64,000 nt of DNA from Dendronalium phyllosphericum CENA369 (GCF_016056275.1 NZ_JAECZA010000008.1:1-64000), one strand, 5' to 3'; numbered from the stretch's first letter, positions 1 through 9,910 are shown. Notes: a model not told the origin generated them from the sequence alone. Numbers and translations: made by a program.

Positions 1-36
1 ACTTACACCCCTACACCCCTACACCCCTACACCCTT
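1..36. repeat. Tandem heptanucleotide array (CCCTACA/CCCCTACA units), STRR-like
   Basis: Read directly: acttacacccctacacccctacacccctacaccc. A related array lies at 9381-9412. Confidence 0.6.
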
Positions 37-63
37 ATCTTTGTGCCATTCGACTAATGACCA

Positions 64-1329
64 ATGAGTAATTATTTAGCCATCGCCACTTTAACTGCAA
101 CTCTACAAAGAGCATTGCAAGCTAGCGTACAAGTAGATGTGGATGGTGCGAGGGTGACAACCGTTAGACCCGATCGCTTGAATGGTGCTTCGCCTGAAGT
201 TGGAGTTAATATTTATCTTTACGATATTTTGCAGAACAACGCTTGGCGCAGCGCTGATTTAAGACAACGCTACTCAGATGATAAATATACCAAGCGATCG
301 CAAACAGGTTTGGATCTCTATTATTTGCTAAGTTGTTACGGTAACGAGGTAGAGCTAGAACCACAGCGCTTGATCGGTAGCATTATCCGCACTTTAAATA
401 GCAAATCCATTGTTACCCAAGAAATGATTCGGGAGACTGTAGCAGACTCAACTTTTACATTTTTGGCAGATTCTAACTTAGCCGAACAAGTTGAGACGAT
501 CGCAATTTCCCCCGTTGATTTGAATGTCGAAGAAATATCTAAAATTTGGTCTGTATTTTTTCAGACTCCTTATTCTCTATCACTGGCTTATAAAGTGAGT
601 GTGATCTTAATCGACAGCGGCGAGATAGCCAAAAAACCTTTGCCTGTACGCAATCTTCAACGTCATGTTACGCCATATCAACCAGCGATCGCCCAAATCA
701 AAGTACTAGAAGAAAAAACTAATCTTTGGCAAACACAGCTAACAGCAACACCCTTAATTCTTGCTACCAGCACCTTGCTAATTCAAGGTAACAAGTTAAG
801 TGCAGACAATATCCAAGTACGCATCGGTGATGTCAAAGTAACCCCACAAAATGTAACCGACAGACAAATAACTTTGGATCTCTTCTCTATACCTGTAGAA
901 TCTTTGCGGGCGGGTGTCCAGAGTATACAAGTAATTCATCCCCAGCAACGTGTTAGTTCAAATGTCGTGCCCATTTTGTTACGCCCTACTATTCAGGAAG
1001 TTACAGTATCTAATTTACAGGGGAGGGGTAATGACACGCGATCGGCTGAAATTACAGTATTAGTCAATTTCACCATTGATAAAGCCCAGCAAGTAACTTT
1101 GTTACTCACCGAACTTTCACTTGCACAATTTGCAGGATATTCTTGCGATCAAACCAAGCATCGACGTGGCAATTCTCACTCTATTACCTTTGCTATTAGT
1201 GATTGTTTGCCAGGAACTTATCTAGTCCGCCTACTCGTAGATGGTGCAGAAAGTCTTTTTACAGTCGATACAGATCCAAACAGTGCGACATTCGAGCAGT
1301 ATATCGGTCCTGTAGTAGTGATTTCGTAA
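64..1329 (+). CDS. DUF4255 / Pvc16_N-like protein (contractile injection system tail-terminator/cap family)
   Basis: N-terminus MSNYLAIATLTATLQRAL matches the LAIAxVTxxL signature I associate with DUF4255. It sits immediately upstream of a CDC48-like AAA+ ATPase, as in eCIS/Afp/PVC loci (Afp16-Afp15). 421-aa intact ORF. Confidence 0.55.
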   Translation: MSNYLAIATLTATLQRALQASVQVDVDGARVTTVRPDRLNGASPEVGVNIYLYDILQNNAWRSADLRQRYSDDKYTKRSQTGLDLYYLLSCYGNEVELEPQRLIGSIIRTLNSKSIVTQEMIRETVADSTFTFLADSNLAEQVETIAISPVDLNVEEISKIWSVFFQTPYSLSLAYKVSVILIDSGEIAKKPLPVRNLQRHVTPYQPAIAQIKVLEEKTNLWQTQLTATPLILATSTLLIQGNKLSADNIQVRIGDVKVTPQNVTDRQITLDLFSIPVESLRAGVQSIQVIHPQQRVSSNVVPILLRPTIQEVTVSNLQGRGNDTRSAEITVLVNFTIDKAQQVTLLLTELSLAQFAGYSCDQTKHRRGNSHSITFAISDCLPGTYLVRLLVDGAESLFTVDTDPNSATFEQYIGPVVVIS

Positions 1330-1492
1330 TTGCCTAAGAATTATACCAATTCTCTAAAATGAGGCAACACATTCAAACCCTCAAAGCCATGCCATATCTG
1401 ACTTTCTGAATTACGAATTACGAATTGGTATTATTAGTCATTGGTTAAAAGACTTATAGCTGATGTAATTATTCATTTGCTAAAAAAACTTT

Positions 1493-3556
1493 ATGAAAAA
1501 TGAGTTATTAATTCAAAATTATGAATGGCAAGAAGCTAACTATAATTATTTGATGAACGCGCTAGGTGTAGTTCGCAATGCATTAATGGCGACAAACGAA
1601 GAACGAAAAAATATCACACCAACACTCAGCACTAATAATGCACTCAACACTCTTTGTAATACTTTTGGTTTAACAGATTTTGAGCGCAATGTGTTGTTAC
1701 TGTGCGCGGGTATGGAATTAGATCCAAATTGGGGCTTTTTATGTGCCAATACTAAAACTGGTATTACCCAACCTTATCCCACTTTTATGCTGGCGATCGC
1801 AGCGTTACCGCAACCTCATTGGAGCGCTTTCACACCTAATGCACCTTTACGACGCTGGCAGTTAATTCAAATTGCGGAAGGTTCTGCTCTGAATCTCAGC
1901 CCACTCAGAATTGACGAACGGGTGTTGCATTATCTTATAGGTTTAAATGATTTAGATCCAAGGTTGCAGAATATTGTAAAGCCTGTAAAAATGCCCAATG
2001 CAAATAATGTACCATCCCATTTGCAGCTAGCCAAACAACTGGCAACAACTTGGACGGACGCAAATAAAAGTGGAGAATTGCCAGTAATCCAATTATGTGG
2101 AAATGAAGTAACTAGTAAAAGAGCGATCGCATCTACAGCCTGTAAATTACTCAACCTTAATTTACACCTAATATCTGCTGGGGCGATTACCAGCCTCCGC
2201 AACAACGAGATGAATGACTTGTTACGCCTGTGGGAACGCGAAGCCATTCTAAATAACAGCGCTTTGTTACTCGATTGCGATGAAGTGGATAGTACAGAGC
2301 CAGTTAAAGAAAATGCGATCGCTCATTTAATTGAAAATATCTCCAGTCCTTTAATTATTACCAGTCGAGATCGACGACGATCGCTCCAACGTCTTTTAAT
2401 TAACATTGAAGTTCCCAAACCCAGCACCACCGAACAACGTGCAATCTGGCAAGATGCTTTAGGTAAAGCAGCCACCAGCCTCAACGGACACGTAGATATC
2501 TTAGTATCTCACTTCAGCCTCAGCGCCTCGACAATTTACACAGTTTGTAGTGAAGCGAGGGGGAGATGGGGAGTAAGAGGAGCAGGGAGAGCTGGGGAGG
2601 CTGGGGGAGAATTAGAACTTGAAGCATCTAACTCTTGTACAGACGCGATTCGCGTCTCTACTTCCAACTCCTGTACAGACGCGATTCGCGTCTCTTCACT
2701 CAGCACTCTATTGTGGGATACCTGCCGTTCGCAAGCTCGTCCGCGTTTAGATGAATTGGCTCAACCGATTGAAATAGGTGCTACCTGGGATGAATTAGTC
2801 TTGCCAGAAGCACAGCGTCAAGTTTTACGGGATATTACTGCTCATGTGCGCCAACGGGCAAAAGTATACGAGCAATGGGGATTTGGCAATAAAGGAGGAC
2901 GAGGTTTAGGTATTAGCGCCTTATTTGCCGGTGCTAGCGGTACTGGTAAGACAATGGCAGCAGAAGTAATTGCCCAGGAATTACGCCTAGATTTGTACCG
3001 CATTGATTTGAGTTCAGTTGTTAGCAAGTACATTGGCGAAACAGAGAAAAACTTGCGACGGGTATTTGATGCAGCCGAAACTGGAGGAGCGATTTTACTT
3101 TTTGATGAAGCAGATGCTTTATTCGGCAAGCGTAGCGAAGTCAAAGACAGTCACGATCGCCATGCCAATATTGAAGTAGGCTATTTGCTACAACGCATGG
3201 AATCCTATCGGGGTTTAGCAATTCTTACCACCAATTTAAAAGCTTCGTTAGATCAAGCATTTCTGCGCCGGATTCGATTTATTGTTCAGTTCCCCTTCCC
3301 CGATGCCAACCAGCGCACCGAGATTTGGCAGCGGATTTTTCCCTCTCAAACACCAACCCAAGATTTAGACCCCAGCAAGTTGGCAAAGTTAAATGTATCT
3401 GGCGGTAATATTCGCAACATTGCTCTGAATGCTGCTTTTTTAGCAGCCGATGCTGGAGAATCAGTCGAGATGAAACATATCTTACAGGCAGCTAAGAGCG
3501 AGTACGCTAAGTTAGAACGACCCCTGACAGATGCAGAAGTAAAAGGGTGGATTTGA
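1493..3556 (+). CDS. AAA+ ATPase, eCIS Afp15/Pvc15-like (CDC48 family)
   Basis: Walker A GASGTGKT, Walker B ILLFDEADALF, and the second region of homology (AILTTN...RRI). The long N-terminal non-ATPase domain is typical of injection-system ATPases paired with DUF4255 proteins. Confidence 0.7.
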   Translation: MKNELLIQNYEWQEANYNYLMNALGVVRNALMATNEERKNITPTLSTNNALNTLCNTFGLTDFERNVLLLCAGMELDPNWGFLCANTKTGITQPYPTFMLAIAALPQPHWSAFTPNAPLRRWQLIQIAEGSALNLSPLRIDERVLHYLIGLNDLDPRLQNIVKPVKMPNANNVPSHLQLAKQLATTWTDANKSGELPVIQLCGNEVTSKRAIASTACKLLNLNLHLISAGAITSLRNNEMNDLLRLWEREAILNNSALLLDCDEVDSTEPVKENAIAHLIENISSPLIITSRDRRRSLQRLLINIEVPKPSTTEQRAIWQDALGKAATSLNGHVDILVSHFSLSASTIYTVCSEARGRWGVRGAGRAGEAGGELELEASNSCTDAIRVSTSNSCTDAIRVSSLSTLLWDTCRSQARPRLDELAQPIEIGATWDELVLPEAQRQVLRDITAHVRQRAKVYEQWGFGNKGGRGLGISALFAGASGTGKTMAAEVIAQELRLDLYRIDLSSVVSKYIGETEKNLRRVFDAAETGGAILLFDEADALFGKRSEVKDSHDRHANIEVGYLLQRMESYRGLAILTTNLKASLDQAFLRRIRFIVQFPFPDANQRTEIWQRIFPSQTPTQDLDPSKLAKLNVSGGNIRNIALNAAFLAADAGESVEMKHILQAAKSEYAKLERPLTDAEVKGWI
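2556..2710 (+). repeat. In-frame insertion of a small dispersed repeat (SDR-like) inside the ATPase CDS: G-rich tract plus two tandem ~33-nt units, each with palindromic core AGACGCGA-T-TCGCGTCT
   Basis: Read directly: ...aactcttgtacagacgcgattcgcgtctctacttcc aactcctgtacagacgcgattcgcgtctcttcactc. It translates to low-complexity RGRWGVRGAGRAGEAGG...SNSCTDAIRVSTSNSCTDAIRVSS. Related copies at 9263-9325 (inverted orientation) and 11688-11710. Confidence 0.6.
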
Positions 3557-3626
3557 ACCAATTATTTTTCAATGGTCATGTAAACTACCCCTTGCTCCCC
3601 CAGTTCTGTTATCCCCATTACCCTCG

Positions 3627-4115
3627 CTATTGCTGCACAGTCAAAGTGTACTTACGTTCCACTCCAGGATTAAAAGTTCCTACCCAAATGCGATAGGTTC
3701 CTTTTTTCCAATCGCGATCGTCAACGCTAGCGTCTTTCTTCTTTCCAGTGTCATCACCACAGCGAATATTGTTTTCGTCTGGCCCTTGAATGAGTAAAGT
3801 CGTATCGTAGCCCCGGCTGTTGACTAATATTTTTAGGTGAGAAAAGTCTTTCTCTAAAATCATAATGTGGTCTGGTTTGGGATCGGCAAAGCCAATACAA
3901 ACTTTTCGCTCGCGATCGCGGTTACTCATAGCAGACAAAGGGTAAGAACCACCCGTGTAACCTGCAACTTTTCCCTTAACTAGCTCAAAACCTGGCGATA
4001 GGTTGAATGCACCAAAATTTGATGTCTCTGCTATTACAGGTGTAGCATTTACAACAGCAAATACAGCTAATAACCAACCGCCTCGAAAATAAGGTAGGAG
4101 ACGAGAATATTTCAT
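3627..4115 (-). CDS. Small secreted hypothetical protein (signal peptide; C-terminal region resembles a PPC/pre-peptidase-C-terminal-like beta-sandwich)
   Basis: N-terminal signal LLAVFAVVNATPVIA. The C-terminal motif GTYRIWVGTFNPGVERKYTLTV resembles PPC-domain ends. Weak, motif-only. Confidence 0.4.
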   Translation of the reverse strand: MKYSRLLPYFRGGWLLAVFAVVNATPVIAETSNFGAFNLSPGFELVKGKVAGYTGGSYPLSAMSNRDRERKVCIGFADPKPDHIMILEKDFSHLKILVNSRGYDTTLLIQGPDENNIRCGDDTGKKKDASVDDRDWKKGTYRIWVGTFNPGVERKYTLTVQQ

Positions 4116-4517
4116 AATAGCCCTCCATCGGGCTTTTAAAATAGTAATGATATATACATATTCTAGTCAAACAAATCTCATAAATTCTGGTTTTTGTACC
4201 ACATTATAATGTGCCACAACTAATAATTTGGAAAGCAAGATAAGTGAAAACCAAAGCAAAGTTTTTACATTTTTCTTCTAAATTTTACTAAACTTTTACA
4301 AGATAATTGTAACGGTGAACGTAACAGCGCCCCTACCCGTGTACCTCATTTACCTGAAAAACGCTGTATATGGGTCAAACATGCTAACTAATTTAAACTG
4401 CAAAAAATAATGTAGGATGCTTTCGGTAAAGGATTAACGCACTAAATAAAAGAGAAATTATGCGTTACACTTAACTATTACACCCTACAGAATTTTTATA
4501 ATTCAAAGATACAAAAA

Positions 4518-6182
4518 CTATTGATAGAACTGAAAGAAAAGACCATTTTTGATTGATTCTGGTTCGCTACCATAACTACTGACTGTTAGCGATCGCAGAT
4601 TATTGAAAAACGGTTTGCCTACTACTTCTAACAACTTCAAAACAGGTAACTGACGCTCTAACAAAGGTTGACTTTTTTTCCAGTCGAGATAAAGATATCC
4701 TTGGTTGGGTTGGGGAATAGCAGCGATACTATTTTGGAAACTCCGATTGTTATTTAATGAATTTTCTTTGACTGTAATAACTTCATTTAGCGTTTCCAAG
4801 TTGGAGGCGAAAATTTCATAATTGTCCAGAGTTGTATGTACTCCCTGTACTTTTGCCTCAATGCTATATAACGATCGGTCTTTAGCATCGCTTTGTTTAA
4901 CAGTAGGTTTTAACTCTGTCCAAGCAAAGATTTTTTGCTTGTCTAGGTTCAAAGAATTCGTACTAAGTCCATTTGCCGAAGCGATCGCATCTAAGCGAGA
5001 AATGCCTGCTGCTACATCCTCTAATTTTTCCACTGCAAACAGCCAATCGGGAGTTATTTTATCCTCACGAGGTAACAATGCTATGGCGTATTCTCCTTTT
5101 ACCCAGCTAAAGATATCCTCTTGCAAGTCAATGCCTTTACTTTTTTGGATATCTGCTAAAGGTTGTACTAATCTAGAAATTACATCTGTCCCAGAACCAG
5201 ATATAGCTGTTTTTACTTGTGCCCAGAGTTGAGCTAAATTGCTGTTACTTAAATCGTTCAAATTCGCACCAGAAATTGCCAAACCTGCCGACACTGGAAT
5301 ATATTTCAGTGCCTCCACCGGTTTAGATAGTAATGGTGATGGCGGAACAATTGCCGATGAAGTTAAAAAACTAGTTTCTGCTAAAACACCTTTAGGATTT
5401 AATGACAAGGAAATAATTTCGCTGTTGTAATTTGGTTGTGACAGTTCTAATCCTTGCCATTGTGCTACAGTAGGAAGATTGAGGAAAGCTAATGCTATAG
5501 AGCCTTTGGGCAGTTTTTGAGCAGCTTTTTGATATTGAGAGAAACTGTTTAAATTTAGATCGGGTGCTTGGACGTTATTAATTGCGTCTCGCAGTACTTT
5601 CGGATCGTTAGCAAACAAGACAAAGCCATCAACAACTGCGCCAGCGAGTGAATCTTGTTGCGATCGCGAATTGTCGTAGAGCAGTTTCGCTCCTTCGTAT
5701 TGTTCTACAGTTAGATTAGCTCCAGCTAACACCCGTTTAGAAAACAATAACTCTACAAATTCGCGGCTTTTATCTGGTTTATTGGTTGCTAACGCCATTA
5801 GATATCCTGGCTGTTTGCCATTTTCCAAATCGCGATCCATGTCTAAAGTTGTGACAGCTAGTGTAATTTCATTTCCTAGCCAAGGTTGAATATCTTGTTT
5901 GTAATCTATGCCACTCTTAGCCAAGAAACTGGTTTTGAGTTTAGATAATTCTCCTTCACGTTCCAAAGCCTGCAAACTGTCGGGATTTGTCAGCAAAGAT
6001 ACCATGACAGGTGCAAGTTTAGATACAAATATGGTAGCACCAGGTTGAGAACTAGAGGCAGTCAAGTTAACTGGACTTTTGACGAAAAACCAGTAAAAGC
6101 CGAAGATAACAATTACTAGTAGGGCGATCGCACCAGCTACGACAAAACCGAGGAATGAGCGTTGCCTATTCACATTAGACAT
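4518..6182 (-). CDS. Conserved cyanobacterial membrane-anchored hypothetical protein (DUF3352-like)
   Basis: 554 aa. N-terminal TM segment FLGFVVAGAIALLVIVIFGFYWFFV followed by a large soluble domain. The family call is from memory of cyanobacterial DUF3352 architecture. Confidence 0.45.
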   Translation of the reverse strand: MSNVNRQRSFLGFVVAGAIALLVIVIFGFYWFFVKSPVNLTASSSQPGATIFVSKLAPVMVSLLTNPDSLQALEREGELSKLKTSFLAKSGIDYKQDIQPWLGNEITLAVTTLDMDRDLENGKQPGYLMALATNKPDKSREFVELLFSKRVLAGANLTVEQYEGAKLLYDNSRSQQDSLAGAVVDGFVLFANDPKVLRDAINNVQAPDLNLNSFSQYQKAAQKLPKGSIALAFLNLPTVAQWQGLELSQPNYNSEIISLSLNPKGVLAETSFLTSSAIVPPSPLLSKPVEALKYIPVSAGLAISGANLNDLSNSNLAQLWAQVKTAISGSGTDVISRLVQPLADIQKSKGIDLQEDIFSWVKGEYAIALLPREDKITPDWLFAVEKLEDVAAGISRLDAIASANGLSTNSLNLDKQKIFAWTELKPTVKQSDAKDRSLYSIEAKVQGVHTTLDNYEIFASNLETLNEVITVKENSLNNNRSFQNSIAAIPQPNQGYLYLDWKKSQPLLERQLPVLKLLEVVGKPFFNNLRSLTVSSYGSEPESIKNGLFFQFYQ

Positions 6183-6365
6183 ACTAGAAAAAAGTATTTA
6201 AGGATAAAGGATGAAGTTTGAAAATTTGAACTTCATAAGTTATTAGGCATAAAAGTTACAGATTAACTCCAGACCAACATTCAATAATCATCTTTAAGAA
6301 ATGCTCGTGCTAGGGTACAGATTTTCTGCCACCATAAATAATATAGGATTGTCTACAAAAACCTT

Positions 6366-6725
6366 ATGACTGGGAAATCTTTCGATCCACCCATTACTCA
6401 AATTAGTGTAGAAGAACTGGCACAAAAGCTAGCTTCTAATGATACAAGTATTCAGTTAGTCGATGTGCGAGAACCACAAGAATTAGCGATCGCCAGCCTT
6501 GAGGGCTTTGTCAATCTACCTCTGAGTGAATTTGTCCAATGGGGCGATGAAGTACCAACAATGTTCAATCCTCATGTTGAAACTCTTGTGCTATGTCATC
6601 ACGGTGTCCGTTCTGCCCAGATGTGTCAGTGGTTAGTTGCTCAAGGCTTTACAAATGTTAAAAATATTGCGGGCGGTATAGATGCTTATTCACTTTTAGT
6701 TGACCCTTCAGTTCCGCAATATTAG
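6366..6725 (+). CDS. Rhodanese-domain sulfurtransferase
   Basis: Single rhodanese fold with active-site loop CHHGVRS. About 119 aa. Confidence 0.8.
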   Translation: MTGKSFDPPITQISVEELAQKLASNDTSIQLVDVREPQELAIASLEGFVNLPLSEFVQWGDEVPTMFNPHVETLVLCHHGVRSAQMCQWLVAQGFTNVKNIAGGIDAYSLLVDPSVPQY

Positions 6726-6744
6726 CTCATCGTCTCATAGTTCA

Positions 6745-6789
6745 TAGCATTGTTCGTTAGGGACTGACGCTTTCATACGAACAATGCTA
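6745..6789 (+). terminator. Stem-loop (13-bp perfect inverted repeat, 19-nt loop) immediately 3' of the rhodanese gene
   Basis: tagcattgttcgt ... acgaacaatgcta. A weak U-tract follows, so it may be a terminator or an RNA-stability element. Confidence 0.35.
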
Positions 6790-7154
6790 CTCTTAATACA
6801 ACATCGCAAAGATAAAAGTTTCGCTTAAAAAGCTGATGACTCTGTTCATATGCAGAATTACTTTATTGCACGTATATCTGAAGCAGCCAAAAAAACTAGT
6901 ATATTAAGATACAATATACATTTATATAATGTGCGAAATTACTTAAACAAACATTAAATACTTTGTAAATTACAGCAGTGATTTTGCTGACAAAAGTGAA
7001 GCTTGATGAAATAGCAATTTTAAGCCGTATTATAGTAATTAGATATATAACTAAATATTCTACTGTTTTAATTAACTATTATTAATCTTTTTCGTTTCAA
7101 GTCTCAAATTTTTTTCAAGTTTGATAAAAATTTGCCTACAGCAAAACATACCCT

Positions 7155-8231
7155 ATGGAAGTTCAGTTGACAAATCGACAACAGCATATACTTTGGGCAA
7201 CGGTACGTCACTATATCGCTACGGCAGAGCCTGTTGGTTCAAAAGCTTTAGTTGAGGAGTACAATCTGGGTGTTAGTTCAGCGACAATTCGCAATGTAAT
7301 GGGTGTGTTAGAAAAATCTGGGTTACTTTACCAACCGCATACCTCTGCTGGCAGAGTACCTTCAGACTCAGGTTATCGCATTTATGTTGACCAGTTGATT
7401 ACACCTTCAGAAGTTTTAGCAAAAGAGGTGGAACTGGCACTACAAAACCGCCTGCATTGGGAAGATTGGAGTTTAGAATCTCTATTGCAAGGGGCTGCCC
7501 AAATCTTAGCAACCTTGAGTGGGTGCATTAGCTTGATTACCATGCCGCAAACCACTACAGCAATTTTGCGACATCTGCAATTGGTGCAAATTGAAGCGGG
7601 ACGGATTGTGTTGATTGTGGTGACAGATAGTTATGAAACCCATTCCAAGTTGATGGATTTGCCGCCACCACAGGAAGAAAAACAACCAGATCCAGAAGTA
7701 ATCGATCGCGAGTTGCAAATTGTTTCTAACTTTTTGAATAGCCATTTGCGAGGGCGAAGTTTGTTGGAATTAGCCAGCTTAGACTGGAGTCAATTAGATC
7801 GAGAATTCCAACGCTATGGGGAATTTTTGAAAAATTCGGTTGCAGAATTAACTCGTCGGACTATCGTACCTGCTGCTACACAAATTATGGTTCGGGGTGT
7901 GGCAGAAGTTTTGCGTCAGCCAGAATTTTCTCAATTACAGCAAGTACAAACGCTGATTCATCTGTTAGAAGAAGAACAAGACCAATTGTGGCCGTTAATC
8001 TTTGATGAACCAGAGATTGAAGAAACTGGTAAGTCAAGGGTAACGGTTCGCATTGGTGCAGAAAACCCACTAGAACCGATACGTACCTGTACCTTAATTT
8101 CTTCCACTTATCGCCGAGGTTCTGTGCCAGTCGGGAGTGTAGGTGTTCTAGGGCCAACGCGCTTAGACTACGAAAGTGCGATCGCAGTTGTAACTGCTGC
8201 TGCTGATTATCTCTCGGAAGCTTTCAGTTAA
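7155..8231 (+). CDS. hrcA: Heat-inducible transcription repressor HrcA
   Basis: N-terminal winged helix ...[46 protein letters not shown], typical of HrcA. Length 358 aa. Confidence 0.9.
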   Translation: MEVQLTNRQQHILWATVRHYIATAEPVGSKALVEEYNLGVSSATIRNVMGVLEKSGLLYQPHTSAGRVPSDSGYRIYVDQLITPSEVLAKEVELALQNRLHWEDWSLESLLQGAAQILATLSGCISLITMPQTTTAILRHLQLVQIEAGRIVLIVVTDSYETHSKLMDLPPPQEEKQPDPEVIDRELQIVSNFLNSHLRGRSLLELASLDWSQLDREFQRYGEFLKNSVAELTRRTIVPAATQIMVRGVAEVLRQPEFSQLQQVQTLIHLLEEEQDQLWPLIFDEPEIEETGKSRVTVRIGAENPLEPIRTCTLISSTYRRGSVPVGSVGVLGPTRLDYESAIAVVTAAADYLSEAFS

Positions 8232-8585
8232 GTCAGGAACGCCCGTACAGGAGATAAGCGGATTTTTATCTGACTAGTAAATGACTACTGGTTTGTGACC
8301 TTGATTTATTAGAGACGAAACCAGTAAAATTTTTCTCTAATCAAACTCCGTCTTTGAATAGATAGAGTTTTCCTAATTTTTGGACAAACCTAAAGCTTTG
8401 TATTCCTTCTGATTCTTAATACCAATTTGTAATCAAGAAAGTCTATTTCTAGGTTTCCAGGCTTGAATCTATTGCCGTATTTAAGAGAATTGATATAACT
8501 CCTAATACCATATTTATTGGTGAGCAAAGAAATTATTAAAGACTTTACAACGTTAAAATAAATTGGTTTTTAAGTTTTTTAATTA

Positions 8586-9263
8586 TTGATGCTGAGAAAA
8601 ATTACCTTTGGGGTGATATGGCTGGGCCTTATTGTCTATGCTTTTGTGTTTGCCCCTTCCGAACAGCCTGGTACATTTGAGTTGATTAAAAACTTGTCCA
8701 TTGGTCAGTGGCAAGGCATTGATCCGCTGATTATAGCACTGTTCAACCTCATGGGCATCTGGCCTCTAGTCTACAGTGCAGTAGTTTTCATTGATGGCAG
8801 AGGACAAAAAATACCTGTTTGGCCTTTTGCTACCACTTCTTTCGCGGTTGGTGCGTTTGCTGTGTTACCGTACCTAGCATTAAGAGAACCAAATAAAAAG
8901 TTTATTGGTAATAAAAATATCTTTCTCAAGCTGCTAGATTCTCGCATAACTGGCTTTATCTTGACTGTAGCCTCAGTTATCTTAGTTGCCTTTGGTTTAC
9001 AAGGAGGAGATTGGGGAAATTTTGTGCAGCAGTGGCAAACTAATCGCTTTATTCATGTCATGAGCTTAGATTTTTGTCTACTTTGCCTATTATTTCCAGC
9101 ATTACTAGAAGATGATATGGCGCGTCGCGATTGGAAAAATCCGCAGTTGTTCTGGTTAATAGCCTTGATTCCACTCTTCGGGCCTTTGATTTATTTATGC
9201 GTGCGTCCACCTTTACTAGAAGGGGATGCAAAAGCTATATCTAGTCAGCAACAGTTGTCGTAG
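8586..9263 (+). CDS. Polytopic membrane protein of unknown function
   Basis: About 6 predicted hydrophobic helices and no recognisable catalytic motif. The 3' end runs into a repeat-dense region, so the true stop may be as annotated or slightly earlier. Confidence 0.5.
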   Translation: MMLRKITFGVIWLGLIVYAFVFAPSEQPGTFELIKNLSIGQWQGIDPLIIALFNLMGIWPLVYSAVVFIDGRGQKIPVWPFATTSFAVGAFAVLPYLALREPNKKFIGNKNIFLKLLDSRITGFILTVASVILVAFGLQGGDWGNFVQQWQTNRFIHVMSLDFCLLCLLFPALLEDDMARRDWKNPQLFWLIALIPLFGPLIYLCVRPPLLEGDAKAISSQQQLS

Positions 9264-9460
9264 AGACGCGATTATACTCTTACGAGAAGCCGCTCTTACG
9301 AGCGTCTACGCGTCTGTACAAGAGTCAGAAGGCAGTCCCAATGAAAAAATTTTCATCACTATGCATGAAAAAGGAATATTCCCTACACCCTACACCCCAC
9401 ACCCTACACCCTTTTTCAAGGCAGAAGGGCAAGGGGGAGAACTTGATTTAATTCCTTTTC
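9263..9460. repeat. Repeat-dense intergenic block: SDR-like AGACGCG/CGCGTCT copies, an STRR heptamer array (9381-9412, CCCTACA), and a dispersed motif shared with 14079-14110
   Basis: gtagagacgcg...cgcgtctgtacaag is the reverse complement of the 2640 unit. ccctacaccctacaccccacaccctacaccc is the heptamer array. aagggggagaacttgatttaattcctt parallels 14083 gaagggggaagaactttgtttaattcctt. Confidence 0.6.
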
Positions 9461-9600
9461 CCCTTACCCTTTCGCCAAGTGTTTCCGTAAGTTATGCTCA
9501 AAGAGCGCAACTTGCTATTAGCCATCGGGTGAGGTATTGCGTTAAAATAAGCGATCGCAATCTTAGTTAAGTAATGCCCGGTTATTTCCCGGAGGTGTGA

Positions 9601-9900
9601 TTGACCAAGTTCATTTTAAAAATTCTGTGGTTAGACGAGAACGTTGCCCTAGCAGTCGATCAAGTTGTAGGCAAAGGCACTAGTCCTTTGACTAAGTACT
9701 TTTTCTGGCCCAGAAATGATGCCTGGGAAGAGTTAAAAAAGGAATTAGAGTCCAAACACTGGATTAGCGATTTAGATCGCGTCGAGTTGCTTAATAAAGC
9801 AACAGAAGTGATTAACTACTGGCAAGAAGAAGGCAGAAACCGCCCGATGGCGGAAGCGCAGTTAAAATTTCCAGAAGTTGCCTTCACTGGTAGTGCTTGA
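9601..9900 (+). CDS. PSRP-3/Ycf65-like 30S ribosomal protein 3 (TTG start)
   Basis: [50 protein letters not shown] matches my memory of the Ycf65/PSRP-3 family. GGAGG lies 6 nt upstream of the TTG, which immediately follows an in-frame stop. Confidence 0.55.
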   Translation: MTKFILKILWLDENVALAVDQVVGKGTSPLTKYFFWPRNDAWEELKKELESKHWISDLDRVELLNKATEVINYWQEEGRNRPMAEAQLKFPEVAFTGSA

Positions 9901-9910
9901 TATCGCACAG

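Noticed and set aside
3538-3562. tRNA-like T-arm motif (GGTTCAAATCCACCC on the minus strand)
   Set aside because: It lies inside the 3' end of the AAA+ ATPase CDS. The flanking sequence cannot form an acceptor or anticodon stem, so this is a chance match.
4822-5232. Antisense ORFs ≥100 aa inside well-supported genes (e.g. 4822-5232, 22798-23292, 36003-36326, 39303-39836, 54851-55204)
   Set aside because: Each lies fully within, and opposite to, a CDS with strong motif support. They have no independent start or RBS context and are treated as frame shadows.
9226-9570. 114-aa ORF from the six-frame track
   Set aside because: It is composed almost entirely of stacked repeats (SDR copy, CCCTACA heptamers, dispersed 30-nt motif). 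It has no RBS and the sequence looks like translated repeats.
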